Sequence record: BK067783.1
Length of the DNA: 30,340 bases
Direction: 5' to 3' (one strand)
The translations under genes and the position numbers were made by a program. This document shows, piece after piece, positions 1-7,822 of this stretch. Under the pieces are notes generated by a model. It saw nothing but the letters and a program-made list of their open reading frames with translations, was not told where the DNA came from and did no database searches. How positions within the stretch are numbered: position 1 is the first letter of the stretch; every line of letters starts with the position of its first letter.

Positions 1-1471
1 AATGAGTACGGGAAAAGAACTAATGATAAAGAAGATTGATTATTCTAATAATTATATTGAGATAGTTCCAACAAGCTCAACCATAGATTACTTTACCAAT
101 TTAAACATGACAAATCCTATGGATACTTTATTAATTGATAACAACGGTACAACATGGTTTAAGAAAACTCCTATACAATCTAGTATAGCAATCAATTCAT
201 TAAAAAATACAGTTAATAGTTATTATGGTTCATGGAATAATCAAGGTACACCAACTACATTAGCTGTAACAAATAATACACTTTACGCCATTCCGTTCAA
301 ATTAGATCGTACCACTTCTCTAAGTACCATACAATCGGAAGTAACAACAGCTGGATCGGCTTCTAATTGTAGAATGGCATTATATTCTGATTATAATGGA
401 TATCCATACAATAAAATTTCTGGTTCAGATGTTGGTGCATTAACAACACAGACACGGACTACTAGAACAATAATAAATAACTTTACAAGTGATATACATT
501 TACCGGAAGGAAGATATTTTAACGCATTAGATTGTAATGCTGGAACCGTAGTAAATACAATAACAACCGATGTTATTACATCATCTACAACAGCCGGAGC
601 TTCAACAAGTGCGACACAAACATTTACAATAACAATAGGAAGTAATACAAATCGTATATTGGTTGTTCCTATATCTTATGGAAAAGGAGCTAGTACACCA
701 AATACTAACAATGCTGTTATATCTAGTGTAGCAATAGGCGGTACATCTTTTACTAAAGCTGTAAACTTTACTAGAAATAATGCCACAGCTAACTTTGCTT
801 TGGATAGTGAGATATGGTATCTAGTAAATCCACCAACAGGATTACAAACCGTAACTATAACACCAGTAACTACAGCATCATATTATATGATAACTGGTGG
901 TTATTCGTTATACAATGTACATCAAACAACACCAATAGGTATTACATCTAGTAATGGTACAACAACCAGAACAAGTTCAATTTCTGGAACGCCAACACAT
1001 ACTAATGCATGGTTGATTGAAAACATATTTGGTATAGATACAGCGGGCGGACTTAATGAAGCAATACCACAAGCTCCATCAAATACACAGGCTTGGAATA
1101 GTATAACAGGCGCTAATCAAGTAGCTGGTGCTTCACAATATAAAACAAATCCAATAATAAATTCAGCTAATAAAATGACTTGGAATTGGGCTTTACCAGC
1201 TGCCAATAGACAAAATACCGCAGATGTTTTAATTGAATTAAATCCGCCCGCTGTGTCATCTCTACCAGTATTTAGAGCAATACCAGCTTCTTCATTAGCT
1301 CCATATCTAGGAATGATAAATACAATGGGCGCAACAAACGGTAATACAATGTACACAACTTCACATACAATGGGTACAAGTTCACCAACTGCTTTACCTA
1401 GTCCATTTTATACAAATGCCACACTAAGCACTTCAAGCGTGCCTGAAATTCTATTAAAGAATAAAGGATAG
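1..1471 (+). CDS. C-terminal part of large adhesin/tail-fibre-like surface protein (continues from 28773..30340)
   Basis: Thr/Ser/Asn-rich, beta-rich. Base 1 completes codon ACA begun at 30339, so the ATG at 2 is internal (YTITIPTIA-T-MSTGKELMIKKID). Confidence 0.85.
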   Translation, partial: MSTGKELMIKKIDYSNNYIEIVPTSSTIDYFTNLNMTNPMDTLLIDNNGTTWFKKTPIQSSIAINSLKNTVNSYYGSWNNQGTPTTLAVTNNTLYAIPFKLDRTTSLSTIQSEVTTAGSASNCRMALYSDYNGYPYNKISGSDVGALTTQTRTTRTIINNFTSDIHLPEGRYFNALDCNAGTVVNTITTDVITSSTTAGASTSATQTFTITIGSNTNRILVVPISYGKGASTPNTNNAVISSVAIGGTSFTKAVNFTRNNATANFALDSEIWYLVNPPTGLQTVTITPVTTASYYMITGGYSLYNVHQTTPIGITSSNGTTTRTSSISGTPTHTNAWLIENIFGIDTAGGLNEAIPQAPSNTQAWNSITGANQVAGASQYKTNPIINSANKMTWNWALPAANRQNTADVLIELNPPAVSSLPVFRAIPASSLAPYLGMINTMGATNGNTMYTTSHTMGTSSPTALPSPFYTNATLSTSSVPEILLKNKG

Positions 1472-1529
1472 TTGTAATTTCTAAAAATAACATGATAATG
1501 CTTATTAAGATATGATACCTTAAAATAAC

Positions 1530-1844
1530 ATGAATAAATTGGTAGCTGTTTTAATTATAGCCTCTATTTCAAGCATAGTTTTCTTTAGTGCAACATCCCA
1601 ACAAGCCTATGCAGGAGGTCGTGTTGGGTGGAATCCATGTAGTTATTTTGGTGGTTTAACTTTTTGCCACAAAAAAGTAGTACCACACGGTGTAACATCT
1701 CCACCACCAGTAGTTTGTAATATAGATAAATATCATCATTGCTCTGCACCAATAGTAGTTTGTTTTAGTGAAAGGTCGATTCTAAACAATGCAGGGATAA
1801 CACCTAGTATAATAACACAAATATTACATTTGCTTAATTGTTAG
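1530..1844 (+). CDS. Secreted Cys-rich protein
   Basis: Signal peptide ending QQAYA; 6 Cys; TATA-like TTATTAAG at 1502. Confidence 0.75.
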   Translation: MNKLVAVLIIASISSIVFFSATSQQAYAGGRVGWNPCSYFGGLTFCHKKVVPHGVTSPPPVVCNIDKYHHCSAPIVVCFSERSILNNAGITPSIITQILHLLNC

Positions 1845-1898
1845 TTACCAGAACCTTACACAATAATATTTAATAAGTACCAAATCAATTATTAAACA

Positions 1899-1985
1899 AC
1901 TGAATGGTTGACAAGCCTTCCAGGAAAATGTAGTGTTGGCGATCTAGTTATACCAACCCCATATCTAGATCGTCAATTCTTTTTA
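1899..1985 (+). ncRNA. Candidate small RNA A
   Basis: TATA TTTAATAA at 1869 (+30 = 1899); no + strand ORF; 12-bp stem 1936-1947/1965-1976 with one G-U pair; followed by a T tract. Confidence 0.5.
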
Positions 1986-2084
1986 TTTTATAATTGAAAA
2001 GCTAGCAGTTACTTCTTTCATACAATTACATTCTGGTTTACAGGATTGATGAAACATATGGATCTTACACATACAAAGCTTCAC
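1965..2084 (-). CDS. Cys/His micro-protein, 39 aa (not in track)
   Basis: GTG start; MKLCMCKIHMFHQSCKPECNCMKE; last gene of the leftward chain. Confidence 0.5.
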
Positions 2085-2085
2085 G

Positions 2086-2310
2086 TCACGCCCTCTCTTT
2101 AGTAATCGAGACTTTAGGTTTTTTCTTTGCTTGAGTGATTGAAGAAATCTCTACTGTTTTTACTTGATGATTTTTGGCTATATGCTTATCATAAAAATCT
2201 CCTTGTATCTTGATTTTGGTCTCATTCTTTTTCATTGTGGTAAAGACTATAGGAACAGCACCAGTTTTTACATTAGTACATGTATAACAAGCAGTAGCAA
2301 ATTCTCTCAA
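2086..2310 (-). CDS. Hypothetical protein with CxxC
   Basis: ORF track; member of a tightly packed leftward operon. Confidence 0.65.
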   Translation of the reverse strand: MREFATACYTCTNVKTGAVPIVFTTMKKNETKIKIQGDFYDKHIAKNHQVKTVEISSITQAKKKPKVSITKERA

Positions 2311-2520
2311 TTACCTTTTTACTCCATGTTTGTAATGAAGATGTCCACCTATTCCAGCGAGTTTAAAGATACCACCACATAATTGACATTCACCCTCTCT
2401 GAAATTCTCATCATTGAAACCTTTTTCAAATGTAGTTAGGATCTTAACGTACTTACTTTTCTGATAACGTTTTAGTATACTTTTATTCGTTTCATATTTC
2501 CTTCCACCGTATAAGATCAT
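2311..2520 (-). CDS. C2H2 zinc-finger protein
   Basis: CQLC...HLHYKH. Confidence 0.7.
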   Translation of the reverse strand: MILYGGRKYETNKSILKRYQKSKYVKILTTFEKGFNDENFREGECQLCGGIFKLAGIGGHLHYKHGVKR

Positions 2521-2654
2521 CTAATTTTTCTCCCCGAATCATAAAAATGCTCACCTGCTTTACAATCTGGATTCGTACAATCTCCACTATGTGAACCACC
2601 ATCTCTTTGATACTCATGCCATTCTCGATTACATCCACAATGAATACAAGGCAT
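2517..2654 (-). CDS. Cys/His micro-protein, 45 aa (not in track)
   Basis: MPCIHCGCNREWH...CTNPDC; its TGA overlaps the ATG of 2311..2520. Confidence 0.65.
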   Translation of the reverse strand: MPCIHCGCNREWHEYQRDGGSHSGDCTNPDCKAGEHFYDSGRKIR

Positions 2655-2660
2655 TTCTAA

Positions 2661-2825
2661 TTACCTTTGTCTCCTAGTGTATTCCTTTAATGAAGTCATA
2701 TTAGTCATATTCAGGATTTTATCACATCTTTGGCAGATTATCTGATATGTACGTTTTGCATTTTCATTATAGTCTAAATATTGAATACGATAATCATGTG
2801 TTCCAAAAAGACATTTTAGATTCAT
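2661..2825 (-). CDS. Small zinc-binding protein, 54 aa, DUF1660-like (not in track)
   Basis: MNLKCLFGTHDY...ICQRCD (C-x4-H...CxxC); ATGA overlap with the upstream gene. Confidence 0.65.
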   Translation of the reverse strand: MNLKCLFGTHDYRIQYLDYNENAKRTYQIICQRCDKILNMTNMTSLKEYTRRQR

Positions 2826-3055
2826 TTTGACAAATTCACCGAACCGTCTTTGAGAAGGTTACTTAAAACTTCTTTAACCCAATGATTAGGAATAGAGCCT
2901 TCTACATCCATTGAATCAACCAGTGTATTTAATTTAGATACAATTTTTTGATTTCTTAGAATATCATTCATCTCTGTTTCTGTAACATCTAATTGATAAA
3001 ACCAAGTGCCTACACTCGCACCTGTTTTTTCAAATCTTTCTCTATCTAAAGTCAT
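2822..3055 (-). CDS. Hypothetical protein
   Basis: ORF track; preceded by AAGGAG SD-like motif. Confidence 0.7.
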   Translation of the reverse strand: MTLDRERFEKTGASVGTWFYQLDVTETEMNDILRNQKIVSKLNTLVDSMDVEGSIPNHWVKEVLSNLLKDGSVNLSK

Positions 3056-3082
3056 TCTCTCGGACTCTCCTTTTGAAATGTA

Positions 3083-3149
3083 ATGAGGGCTTGGGGTTTC
3101 GAACCCCTTTGTCCCATCAGGGAAATGTCGCCAACACTACCGCCCTCAT
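3083..3149 (-). ncRNA. tRNA-like cloverleaf element (not a canonical tRNA)
   Basis: 8-bp closing stem AUGAGGGC/GCCCUCAU; D-like arm AGUGU-UGGCG-ACAUU; short UCCC-UGAU-GGGA arm; T-arm GGGG-UUCGAAA-CCCC. Lies in the largest gap of the operon. Confidence 0.55.
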
Positions 3150-3181
3150 CTAAACCGTTGTTATCTTTTGTTGACGAGGAT

Positions 3182-3556
3182 TTAGCACTCATGGTAATAA
3201 CTCCTTAGACTTCTAACACCTTTTGAGTTTTTATGCAGAAAGTGAATGTTTCTTATATCAGTCCAAATGAACTGCATATCTAACCACCATTCTTCGGGAT
3301 GTTCATCTATAAATTTGAGATAACTTTCTTCTGTCATTATCTCCTTTGTCTTTGGATGAGGCTTCTTTTGGTCTATATCTTCCTGAGCCATTTCTGGAAC
3401 TTTTCTCCAACCATGATTATTTATCATGTGTTCCATTATTGATTTAGGAGTGTTTATCATTTCTCCACCACATTCTATTAATGCTAAATTGCATACTAGT
3501 ATTGATCTTGGATTCAATCTATCAGGCACTTCCAGACCGTTTGTTGTAGATGTCAT
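3182..3556 (-). CDS. Hypothetical protein
   Basis: ORF track; ATGA-coupled. Confidence 0.7.
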   Translation of the reverse strand: MTSTTNGLEVPDRLNPRSILVCNLALIECGGEMINTPKSIMEHMINNHGWRKVPEMAQEDIDQKKPHPKTKEIMTEESYLKFIDEHPEEWWLDMQFIWTDIRNIHFLHKNSKGVRSLRSYYHEC

Positions 3557-3696
3557 TGGATTAATCTCCTGCTAGGGATACATTCTTTTCTTTTTCTAAA
3601 TCCATATTTTGAAGCACCACACCACTTACAAATAACATGAAATCCTACTACTTCAAATTCATGTTGTTTGTAATTACTCTTTGGTTTGCTTGTCAT
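3553..3696 (-). CDS. Small zinc-finger protein, 47 aa (not in track)
   Basis: MTSKPKSNYKQHEF...ICKWCG...KEC; ATGA overlaps at both ends. Confidence 0.7.
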   Translation of the reverse strand: MTSKPKSNYKQHEFEVVGFHVICKWCGASKYGFRKRKECIPSRRLIQ

Positions 3697-4133
3697 CGGG
3701 AGAAAGTCACCATTAATTGTGCGGATTTACCTAACTCTAAAACCTTATTCATTGTCCAACATCCAGCAGTTTTCTCATGGTTTCTTTCTTCTGGATCTTC
3801 GTGATGATAACACTTTGTTTTATGAACAGGTACGGATATACAATGTAATTCGTCACAATCATTTGCTATCTGTAGGTTTCTTTTCTTATAAGATTGCCAT
3901 GTTTCATAATCAGGTTTGTAAACGAGAGTCTCAAATCCTAATGACTTGGCAACATCTAAAGCGATGGTATCAACGCCTTTAGCACCACCAGAAATTATTA
4001 TCTCATTTCCAGTGTAACGACTGTTCAAAATTAAGCCTATGAACTGTCTAACATCCCTTTCTTCATTATCTGTCATATTGACACTTGTACCAACAAAAGC
4101 AATCTTCCTATTACTTGATGACGGCTGTGTCAT
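3693..4133 (-). CDS. SLOG superfamily (YspA/DUF2493-like) protein
   Basis: IAFVGTS; IISGGAKGVD; YKPD; RNLQIANDCD. Confidence 0.8.
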   Translation of the reverse strand: MTQPSSSNRKIAFVGTSVNMTDNEERDVRQFIGLILNSRYTGNEIIISGGAKGVDTIALDVAKSLGFETLVYKPDYETWQSYKKRNLQIANDCDELHCISVPVHKTKCYHHEDPEERNHEKTAGCWTMNKVLELGKSAQLMVTFSR

Positions 4134-4435
4134 TGGAGTAAGATACCTCGTTCATAAATAGCATCGTTTAAGTTTAATTTCCTTGAATGGAATACTTGTG
4201 GTTTACCTCTACCATCTGTTAGATTTAATTGAAGTCTAAAGTAACTTCCATCCTCGATTACATTTACATCTTCTAATTCATATTGACCATCAAAATCGCC
4301 CATTATCCAAATTGCTTCATCTAAAGGTGAAGGTTCATTATGAAGATGGTTTCTTGATCCATCAGGCATAGCAATACAAACTTCATAGCCTTTCTGATTC
4401 TTTTGTAAGTAGAGATTACTTGAATCTAGTTTCAT
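4130..4435 (-). CDS. Hypothetical protein
   Basis: ORF track; overlap-coupled. Confidence 0.7.
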   Translation of the reverse strand: MKLDSSNLYLQKNQKGYEVCIAMPDGSRNHLHNEPSPLDEAIWIMGDFDGQYELEDVNVIEDGSYFRLQLNLTDGRGKPQVFHSRKLNLNDAIYERGILLQ

Positions 4436-4797
4436 TACTTGCTCTCCATCTGGTTATCGAAGTCTTTGATATGTAATCGAAACATAGCGAAAGCACATAT
4501 TACAAGAATAGAAGGTAAGACGGTCATAACAAATTGTATTTGTTGAGGCATTACGTCATTTAATTGATGATTATATTTTAAACAAAGTTGTTTAAACTCA
4601 TCTAAAGATTTAGCTTCATCATGTATTGGAGATTTCTGCCAATCTTCAATAGTAATACTATTACATGATAAGTCTGTATTTGGATTCATAAATTTAATAA
4701 TAGACGGGCTTACTTCATACATTCCAAAAGCAGTTCCTATGCAAACTAGAATACCGACTACAATAGCTTTAAAGTTTAATTTATGAACTAAACTCAA
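4435..4797 (-). CDS. Two-TM membrane protein with Cys-bounded loop
   Basis: Hydrophobic segments flank a C-x26-C loop. Confidence 0.7.
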   Translation of the reverse strand: MSLVHKLNFKAIVVGILVCIGTAFGMYEVSPSIIKFMNPNTDLSCNSITIEDWQKSPIHDEAKSLDEFKQLCLKYNHQLNDVMPQQIQFVMTVLPSILVICAFAMFRLHIKDFDNQMESK

Positions 4798-4816
4798 TTA
4801 CTTGCACCTCGGGATG

Positions 4817-5305
4817 TCATTGGGTCTCAATCTTCCTTAACTCAAGCTTGGGTTTCTCTTTACTACCCACAACTTCAAAATCATTTAGCATTGGTGTATT
4901 ACCTGATTCAATCTGTTTGACAAGCTGATCTCCTAATGTAACTGACTCGCCACTTGGAAGCTTCATAACTATGTGAGCCATGAATATCTCTTCAATGGAA
5001 TACATCTCTGCTTCTTTTGCAGACAGTAAAGCTTTGAGATAATGGTAAAAATATCTGTAAGACCTAGCTTCGTCATATTCTTTTGAATACCTTGAACCTT
5101 TCTCTATGAATGGTATTTTGATTTTAATCATCAATGATACATCATTGTCTTTTCTTATTATAAATTCAAAATAGGATTTGTCACCACCTTGTTGAGTTAG
5201 TCGTTTCTCTTGTATGCCAAATTTAGCAAGAAGCTTGTTTACATCTATCATGGTCTTAACCGAATCAACTACAGTTCCTTTGTAAAGAGATGTCTTTGGT
5301 ATCAA
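4817..5305 (-). CDS. Conserved phage-type hypothetical protein
   Basis: Resembles a widespread phage family pattern (T..EI..LL..FG ... LKA.L.A.E ... EE.F.AHI.LP.G.T.G). Function unknown; recognised by eye only. Confidence 0.7.
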   Translation of the reverse strand: MIPKTSLYKGTVVDSVKTMIDVNKLLAKFGIQEKRLTQQGGDKSYFEFIIRKDNDVSLMIKIKIPFIEKGSRYSKEYDEARSYRYFYHYLKALLSAKEAEMYSIEEIFMAHIVMKLPSGESVTLGDQLVKQIESGNTPMLNDFEVVGSKEKPKLELRKIETQ

Positions 5306-5499
5306 TTTATTACTCCGTACCTTCTCAATATTCTAGAACATTCGAAATAGACATCATAAAAGACCTTGCAATACTCAGAACCCTTTAGGAAATTGACTAT
5401 TGTCATATAATCACAAAACTCTTTCATAATGATTAATTTTGCCAAGAGTTCTTGATTACAAGATAACTTGCTAGTCATCGGACTTCTGTTCCTCTGCAA
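5302..5499 (-). CDS. Hypothetical protein
   Basis: ORF track; real start may be the internal MTSK. Confidence 0.55.
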   Translation of the reverse strand: MQRNRSPMTSKLSCNQELLAKLIIMKEFCDYMTIVNFLKGSEYCKVFYDVYFECSRILRRYGVIN

Positions 5500-5653
5500 T
5501 CAAGGCAAGTATTCTAGTATGGGTTTTCATTATGTGATCTTCAACCACATCACAGTCTTTATCCATAAATTTTAAACAAATCATGCAAGTGTGATATTGA
5601 CCATCATTAACTACTTGTTGCATTGCTACGCCCTTCATTGATATTTCCATCAT
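5471..5653 (-). CDS. C2H2-type zinc-finger protein
   Basis: CMIC...HIMKTH. Confidence 0.65.
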   Translation of the reverse strand: MMEISMKGVAMQQVVNDGQYHTCMICLKFMDKDCDVVEDHIMKTHTRILALIAEEQKSDD

Positions 5654-5874
5654 GGCATAGGAACTCCAATCTGTTTAGCAAACCTATTGTTCTTGAACGA
5701 AATTCTCCATCCATTTCGTAATGTAATAGAGAAACCACAAAGTTTCTTTTCTATGAGTTTATCAGATATATCCATAAGTTCTGCAACCAAAGGAGGCTCT
5801 TTTTTTCTATCCTCATCAGTGAGATTAATTGGTTCTACGACCTTCTGATTCCGCTTAGATGGGGATGTCGTCAA
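5650..5874 (-). CDS. Hypothetical protein
   Basis: ORF track; ATGA overlaps. Confidence 0.65.
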   Translation of the reverse strand: MTTSPSKRNQKVVEPINLTDEDRKKEPPLVAELMDISDKLIEKKLCGFSITLRNGWRISFKNNRFAKQIGVPMP

Positions 5875-6149
5875 AGCTTTCTCTCCGTTATTTCATTATC
5901 TGGATAACCATCATTTTTATATTCTTTATATGTACTACCAAAATATTCTTCGTCTACTTTAACGCCTAACCTCTGTCTAAGTAATTGAATAGGGAAATAA
6001 AATTCATTATCACCTGAGAGGTCTGACCAATAACTTTGTATAATATCTAAAAGTTCTTGATTGGTTTTAAGTTTAGTTTCATCCCATAGTTTCTGATCTC
6101 TTGTAGCCCAAAACTTCTTTCCTTCTAGACGTAATTCCTCGGAAGTCAT
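5871..6149 (-). CDS. Hypothetical protein
   Basis: ORF track; ATGA overlaps. Confidence 0.65.
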   Translation of the reverse strand: MTSEELRLEGKKFWATRDQKLWDETKLKTNQELLDIIQSYWSDLSGDNEFYFPIQLLRQRLGVKVDEEYFGSTYKEYKNDGYPDNEITERKL

Positions 6150-6301
6150 TTGGAGATCATTTCCCTTGGAGTATGAAAGACTTTATCACATAAGCAACAA
6201 TAGATAATTCCTACAACTGGAACAAATGATTTTCCGTATGCTTGACCTAACTGTGTCGCTGGTCTTTTGCATTGCGGACATTTGATTAATGACTCTGCCA
6301 T
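6146..6301 (-). CDS. Zinc-ribbon protein, first gene of the leftward operon (start revised to ATG 6301)
   Basis: CPQC...CCLC; minus-strand TATA begins at 6331, 30 nt before the ATG. Confidence 0.7.
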   Translation of the reverse strand: MAESLIKCPQCKRPATQLGQAYGKSFVPVVGIIYCCLCDKVFHTPREMISK

Positions 6302-6309
6302 AGAGAAGT

Positions 6310-6402
6310 GTACGGGAACGTACGTTATATAGTTATTGCCTTCATGCCTATTACGAATGACACCAAGCAAGTTATATAGTACGCTAACGTACGGATTAGT
6401 AC
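6310..6402. promoter_or_regulatory. Divergent promoters with palindromic operators GTACG-N4-CGTAC
   Basis: Perfect operators at 6310-6323 and 6379-6392, and a one-mismatch copy at 6389-6402. Identical GTTATATAGT TATA elements at 6324-6333 and 6371-6380. Confidence 0.8.
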
Positions 6403-6403
6403 A

Positions 6404-6544
6404 ATGAAAGAAGAATCAATAGTTAGACCAGAGATCAAGTGCAATACAATAGAACGATTAAAAACTCATGGCGAGTTTGCACCAAACACTTCTATCGATT
6501 GGATGATTAATTTTGTATTAGACAAGTTGGAGAAAAAGAGATAA
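6404..6544 (+). CDS. Ribbon-helix-helix repressor-like protein, 46 aa (not in track)
   Basis: MKEESIVRPEIKCNTIERLKTHGEFAPNTSIDWMINFVLDKLEKKR fits the beta-strand/helix/G-turn/helix RHH pattern. Confidence 0.7.
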   Translation: MKEESIVRPEIKCNTIERLKTHGEFAPNTSIDWMINFVLDKLEKKR

Positions 6545-6697
6545 TGCAAACTGCACAAGACCGAATTACCGAGCTAACAACCCGTCAGGTTTTCTATGGC
6601 TCATCTCTAGTAATCAAACTAAACGCTGTAAATGGGAAGTTCAATTATAAAGTTTACACATGGATTGACCAAGGAAATATTGATAACAAAAGTCTGA

Positions 6698-6985
6698 TTG
6701 CAATTACAAAGAGAGGTTAACGGGTTGAATAGATTTATACCAGTATTATTCTTAGGAATATTCTGTATTGGTCTAGGCTTATGGATGACTTTATCAAATC
6801 ATTCCTATGATTGTAAAACACTACCTCAAGGATATTGGAATAGTAAATGTAATGAATTTAATATAGAAAGTTCTGGTTTAAACTTACTTTCAATAGGTTT
6901 AGGAATCTTTACAATAGTGATATATTTCAAACTTCTAAAGACAGAAGGACTCGATAACGCTTACTCTAAGAGGTCTATAAGTTGA
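6698..6985 (+). CDS. Two-TM membrane protein with Cys-bounded loop
   Basis: TM-C-x11-C-TM. Confidence 0.7.
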   Translation: MQLQREVNGLNRFIPVLFLGIFCIGLGLWMTLSNHSYDCKTLPQGYWNSKCNEFNIESSGLNLLSIGLGIFTIVIYFKLLKTEGLDNAYSKRSIS

Positions 6986-7245
6986 ATACAAATATTTCTA
7001 TGAGAAGAAAACTAAACCCAATAGCATTATTATTTATCACTTTTGTTTCTTTTTGTACTTGGGCTTTATGTTATTTCATCATAACACCAAATCAAAAAGA
7101 TAATCAATTCTTCAATGTATATCCAAATGAAGGTTCTATAGTTCCTATTATTACTGCGATCATAATATGGGGAGTTTTATTTTATAAATGGTTATTACAT
7201 CTTAAAGAATCCAATGACACTACAGATAAGGAGTATAGAAAATAA
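6982..7245 (+). CDS. Two-TM membrane protein
   Basis: Two hydrophobic segments. Confidence 0.7.
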   Translation: MNTNISMRRKLNPIALLFITFVSFCTWALCYFIITPNQKDNQFFNVYPNEGSIVPIITAIIIWGVLFYKWLLHLKESNDTTDKEYRK

Positions 7246-7388
7246 TGAATGGTTTATTTGGCTTTTTTATATTTGTCTTTCTTCCATGTCTAGGAATATT
7301 TATCTTTACACAAAGAGAAACAATTTGGGAGTTAATTAAACCAATAAAACATTCAGAAGATATGACAGATAAGGAGTCGACAAGCTAA
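7245..7388 (+). CDS. Single-TM micro-protein, 47 aa (not in track)
   Basis: MNGLFGFFIFVFLPCLGIFIF...; TAATG overlaps at both ends. Confidence 0.65.
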   Translation: MNGLFGFFIFVFLPCLGIFIFTQRETIWELIKPIKHSEDMTDKESTS

Positions 7389-7822
7389 TGGATGCATTAG
7401 GGAAAAGACGAGAGCCAATAGAAGCAAGTCCACCAGATTATCGTTTATGGGCTTTTGTAATCATTTCATTTGCTATTATGTCAGGTGCAGTAGTATACAT
7501 ATCATGGGCTTCTGGTGAAGATGCAAAAGAAAATTCAGTAGAAACAAATTACATTAAAAATATGAACTGTGACCAGTTGTATAGTGAAGAGATGAAACAA
7601 ATTAATAATTATGTTGTAAACAACACATCATTTCATATAGTTAGAGATAAGTTTCATAGTCAATGTGTATCTTTAACATTCAAAGATTCAGAACCAACAG
7701 AAGCACAACAAGATAGTTATTTTCTATCTTTATCATGCCCATCATTACAAAGTTATATTGCTGATCAGAAAATTTACTATGAACAAGCTATAGTTGATTA
7801 TAAGGTGATTTGTAAACAATGA
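7388..7822 (+). CDS. Membrane-anchored protein with repeated CxxL motifs
   Basis: One TM; NCDQL and SCPSL motifs. Confidence 0.7.
   Translation: MDALGKRREPIEASPPDYRLWAFVIISFAIMSGAVVYISWASGEDAKENSVETNYIKNMNCDQLYSEEMKQINNYVVNNTSFHIVRDKFHSQCVSLTFKDSEPTEAQQDSYFLSLSCPSLQSYIADQKIYYEQAIVDYKVICKQ

Noticed and set aside
2-4. ATG at position 2 as a true gene start
   Set aside because: It is an internal Met of the junction-spanning adhesin.
3083-3149. Type III hammerhead ribozyme (GUA, CUGAUG, GAAA present on the minus strand)
   Set aside because: Core reads CUGAUGG rather than CUGAUGA, stem I does not pair and stem II is broken; the tRNA-like fold explains the sequence better.
3083-3149. Functional tRNA gene
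   Set aside because: About 65 nt, 4-nt anticodon loop, 4-bp T stem, mismatched acceptor/T junction.
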